Shown piece by piece: positions 7,025-9,991 of a stretch of 9,991 nt of DNA. Source of the DNA: Longivirga aurantiaca (GTDB lineage Bacteria > Actinomycetota > Actinomycetes > S36-B12 > CAIYMF01); NCBI RefSeq assembly GCF_042660085.1, contig NZ_JBHSTI010000038.1:1-9991 (forward strand), read 5' to 3'. The first letter of the stretch is position 1; the number at the start of each line of letters is the position of its first letter. The notes beneath the pieces are model-generated. The model was not told where the DNA came from. It ran no database searches and was given only the letters and a program-made list of their open reading frames with translations. A program made the position numbers and the translations under genes.

Positions 7025-7085
7025 CGAGTTACTGCCCACAAGGCCCTATGGAGCGCTCCATAGCGACCTTGTGGGCAGTAACTCG
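7025..7085 (-). terminator. Long inverted repeat/hairpin, copy 2 of the two-member family; possible terminator or 3' stem-loop of the tocopherol-cyclase-like gene
   Basis: CGAGTTACTGCCCACAAGG (7025-7043) is perfectly complementary to 7067-7085. An internal 18-nt palindrome CTATGGAGCGCTCCATAG lies at 7046-7063. The element starts 26 nt after the stop at 7112. Confidence 0.6.
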
Positions 7086-7111
7086 CGGAGGGGACGGACG
7101 GCGCGGATGGG

Positions 7112-8083
7112 TCAGGACGCGGTGAGGCGGTGGATGTCGCCGTGCACCTCGAGGCCGGCGCAGTGGCCGGTGTCCTCGAGCAGCACACGGCCGTCGGCGT
7201 CGGTGAGCCGCACCTGCACGGTGGCGTCGAGCGTCTCCTCGACCCGCCGGTGCATCTCGGTGCGGATCGGCGCGTGCAGCAGGCCGCCGCGCGGGCGGTC
7301 GGCCGTGATGTCGAGCGTGGCGCCGCGGCGCGAGCGCAGCGTCCAGCGCACCTCGTCGTCGTCGACCTCGATGCGCGTCGTCTTCGCGCCGTTGTACGTC
7401 GTGAACTTGTGCAGCACGCCGCTGTGCTTGAGGCCGACGATGTGGCCGGGGAACTCCGAGCGCAGCCACGGGATCACCGCGATCGAGCCGGTGAGGCACG
7501 TGCCCGGGTCGCTGAAGTGGTTGGTCTGCAGCCACACGTACCCCGCCGGGAAGGCCGCGCCCCAGTCCTTCTCGAGATAGCCGCGGCCGCCGTCGAAGGA
7601 CGACGTCGTGCCCGCGTGCGTCAGCGAGCCCTGCAGGTCGTGGCCGAACGACACCACGCCGTGCTTGCACTCCATCTTCGGCACCCACGCGTACCAGCCC
7701 ATGACGCCGGGCGAGAGCAGCGAGACCGGCCACGGGTCGAGCGGCGTCGTGAACCGCACCTCGCCCTGCAGCGATGGCAGGTCGAGCACCACGCCGCGGT
7801 CGGAGAAGCGGTTCGGCCCGACGCGCACCGAGAAGCGGTCGGCCTCGGCGCCGAACTCCGACACGTCGTACTGGTGGTACCAGCTCTCGCCGGTGGCGCC
7901 GTCCAGCACCTGCACGAACGCCTCGCCCGAGCCGTCGGGCGCGAGGAAGACGCCGGGGATCACGGCGAACCGTGCACCCCGGTCGGCCGCGACGAGCTTG
8001 ACGTACCAGCCCTCGAAGTAGGAGGAGCGCACGCTCTGCCCGTGGAAACCTTCGGGGTGCAGGACCCCGGTCGCGAGACCCAT
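7112..8083 (-). CDS. Tocopherol cyclase family protein
   Basis: MGLATGVLHPEGFHGQSVRSSYFEGWYVKLVAAD...AVIPGV...WYHQYDVSEF...SLLSPGVMGWYAWVPKMECKHGVVS...GYLEKDWGAAFPAGYVWLQTNHF matches the SxxFEGWYxK and EKDWG...P pattern of bacterial tocopherol-cyclase-like proteins. Likely start is ATG at 8083; its SD is weak and distant. Confidence 0.83.
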   Translation of the reverse strand: MGLATGVLHPEGFHGQSVRSSYFEGWYVKLVAADRGARFAVIPGVFLAPDGSGEAFVQVLDGATGESWYHQYDVSEFGAEADRFSVRVGPNRFSDRGVVLDLPSLQGEVRFTTPLDPWPVSLLSPGVMGWYAWVPKMECKHGVVSFGHDLQGSLTHAGTTSSFDGGRGYLEKDWGAAFPAGYVWLQTNHFSDPGTCLTGSIAVIPWLRSEFPGHIVGLKHSGVLHKFTTYNGAKTTRIEVDDDEVRWTLRSRRGATLDITADRPRGGLLHAPIRTEMHRRVEETLDATVQVRLTDADGRVLLEDTGHCAGLEVHGDIHRLTAS

Positions 8084-8365
8084 GCGTCGGACGCTACCTC
8101 GCGCCGCCAGCCGGCAGGGCGGATGCGGCCGCACGGTCGAGGCGGGTGCGGGCGTGGTCATCGCCACACGGGTCGGAGGGAACCCGCACGTCGCAGGCTC
8201 TCGGGCTTCCGCCGACGCCCGCTGACCGGTTGCAGAGCGTGAGCGTGCGGCAGTCGTCGTGTGATACTCCCGGAGGCGGTTCGCTCGGCGGCCGCACCCG
8301 TGAGCCGGTTTCGTCCGGAGAGCCAGTGCCCGGCCCAGCGCCGGAGGACAGGGGCGACGTACGCC

Positions 8366-9991
8366 ATGAAGACCCGCACCAGCACGCGCCTTCCGCGCAC
8401 CGCGACCTTCGTCGCCGCGGCGGCCCTCGCCGTCGGCACGCTGCCCGCGCTCGCCGCGAGCGCATCAGCCGCAACCGTCGAGGCCGACCCGACGAACTTC
8501 CCCCGCTTCGGCTACATCACGTACGACGGCGGCGCCCACGACGCGACGACCGACAAGCTGTGGGTGACCGACGGCAGCACCTGGGGCCCGGGCACCCTGC
8601 TGACCCCCAACTCGTACGCCTACTCGTACGACGTCTCCCACGACGGCGAGGTGCTCGCAGTCTCCGGCCAGTCGCGCGCGCTCACCGTGCCGGCGCTGAA
8701 CACGACGTACGGCCTGCTCGTCGTCGACAAGAACGGCCCCGACCCCGATGTGACCACCAACGTCACGACGATCGTCGAGTCGAACCCGGTCGTCTCGCCC
8801 CTCGGCGACTTCGTCTACTGGGTCGACTCCGGCGCGATCTGGCGGTACGTCGTCGACACGGGCGTGACCACCAAGGTCTCCACCAACTTCGCGCCCAAGG
8901 CCGGCGAGGTCGTCGGCCGGCTCGCGATCTCCGACAACGGTGCCGCGGCCGCCGTGGTGTTCACCGTCAACTCCTCCTCCGGCGCGCTCATCTCGAGCCG
9001 CATCCGCGCCGGCCGCCTCGACGGCGTCGGCACCGAGAAGGAGTACTCGCAGAGCGTCGCCTCGGGCCTCAGCTATCCCGTCGGCTCGACCCTGGTGTTC
9101 ACCTCCGACACCGAGGTGGCGTTCAACGTGTGGCGCAGCGGGAACCTGACGAGCACGTGGTCGATCTCCGGCATCGGCGCCACCGCCGTGGCCGACACCT
9201 CGATCGGCCTCGGCGCGGTCTACGACCTCAGCACCGACGGCACGAGCTGGTACTCGTTCCAGGACATCGTCAGCGGCACGCAGGTGGCCAAGACCGTGAG
9301 CCCCTACGACACCGGCGTGTTCGAGGACTTCCCGCGCGGTTCCGGCACCGTGCGCTACGTGCCCGCGACGACCCAGCCGGGCGTGGCTGCTCCGACCGTC
9401 GACGCCGTGGTCAACCGCGCGTCCGCGACGTCGTACCTCTTCCTCGCCAAGAGCGCGGTGCCCACCGGCACGAAGGTGATGTACGCGAGCCTCGCGGCCT
9501 ACCTCGAGGACGCGACCGGCACGCGCGGCGCGGACGTGAAGGCGCAGACCCGCTACGGCCAGCTGAAGTCGTCGGTCAACGGCGGCGCGACGTTCACGAC
9601 CACGGCCACCACCGGTGCCGGGTCGAGGCTGCTCACCTGGCCGACCGGCGCACCGTTCGGCAACGGCTACACCGCGGCTCTCACGCGCAACACCTGGTTC
9701 CAGTGGTGCTTCCAGGGCGACGCCTACGTGGCCGCCGACTGCTCGATCACCAAGAAGGTCACGGTGAACCCGACCGTCTCGGTGGGCGTGCAGACCTCGG
9801 GCAGCACCAAGCGCGTGTACGGCAAGGCTGCACGCACCGGCGGCACCGCGGTGCTCTACCGCTACGTGAACGGCTCCTGGGTCGTCGTGACGACGGCTGC
9901 GGTGTCGAGCACCGGCACGTTCAGCTTCGGCTTCCGCACGCTGCCGCGCGGCAGCTACAAGGCCACCACCAAGGCCGACACCTACTGGGGC
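8366..9991 (+). CDS. Secreted protein, partial (no stop in window): Sec signal peptide, beta-propeller-like N-terminal region and Ig/fibre-like C-terminal segment
   Basis: ATG at 8366 begins an uninterrupted 542-codon frame with MKTRTSTRLPRTATFVAAAALAVGTLPALAASASAATVEADP (n-region, hydrophobic h-region, Ala-rich cleavage site). It is followed by repeated YDVSHDGEVLAVSG and LAISDNGAAAAVV strands, then YGKAARTGGTAVLYRYVNGSWVVVTTAAVSSTGTFSFGF. Confidence 0.82.
   Translation, partial: MKTRTSTRLPRTATFVAAAALAVGTLPALAASASAATVEADPTNFPRFGYITYDGGAHDATTDKLWVTDGSTWGPGTLLTPNSYAYSYDVSHDGEVLAVSGQSRALTVPALNTTYGLLVVDKNGPDPDVTTNVTTIVESNPVVSPLGDFVYWVDSGAIWRYVVDTGVTTKVSTNFAPKAGEVVGRLAISDNGAAAAVVFTVNSSSGALISSRIRAGRLDGVGTEKEYSQSVASGLSYPVGSTLVFTSDTEVAFNVWRSGNLTSTWSISGIGATAVADTSIGLGAVYDLSTDGTSWYSFQDIVSGTQVAKTVSPYDTGVFEDFPRGSGTVRYVPATTQPGVAAPTVDAVVNRASATSYLFLAKSAVPTGTKVMYASLAAYLEDATGTRGADVKAQTRYGQLKSSVNGGATFTTTATTGAGSRLLTWPTGAPFGNGYTAALTRNTWFQWCFQGDAYVAADCSITKKVTVNPTVSVGVQTSGSTKRVYGKAARTGGTAVLYRYVNGSWVVVTTAAVSSTGTFSFGFRTLPRGSYKATTKADTYWG

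Noticed and set aside
7130-8242. 370-aa + strand ORF antisense to the tocopherol-cyclase-like gene
   Set aside because: Low-complexity shadow ORF, while the opposite strand carries the coherent family signature.
1-9991. Defence, toxin-antitoxin, prophage or secondary-metabolite system
   Set aside because: None of the recognisable proteins belongs to such a system, and the gene neighbourhood looks like ordinary metabolic and stress genes.
1-9991. tRNA, rRNA or recognised riboswitch
   Set aside because: I saw no cloverleaf-like segments with T-arm consensus (GGTTCRANYCC) and no known riboswitch core by eye. A tRNAscan-SE and Rfam scan would be the definitive check.

Overview
High-GC window, probably actinobacterial (inferred from composition and codon use), with seven supportable coding regions. 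(1) A YbhB/YbcL-type PEBP protein, + strand. (2) A tiny Cys-rich zinc-ribbon protein, - strand. (3) A Gfo/Idh/MocA oxidoreductase, - strand. (4) A GH36 alpha-galactosidase immediately upstream of (3), - strand. (5) A pirin-family protein, - strand. (6) An OsmC-family peroxiredoxin, - strand. (7) A tocopherol-cyclase-family protein, - strand. An eighth, large secreted protein (+ strand, from 8366) runs off the window end and is missing from the supplied ORF track. I see no convincing defence system, CRISPR array, transposase, tRNA or rRNA. The most interesting material is non-coding. First, two long near-perfect hairpins (1750-1811 and 7025-7085) share 14-nt outer arms but differ by compensatory changes inside the stem, and each starts 22-26 nt after a stop codon. 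Second, a 74-bp dispersed direct repeat (1425-1498 and 5077-5150, about 82% identical) brackets the zinc-ribbon/oxidoreductase/alpha-galactosidase block. Third, a decaying tandem array with a period of about 91-99 bp covers roughly 50-495, and its last two units share 85 bp exactly. All identifications come from reading the sequence; no database search was run.
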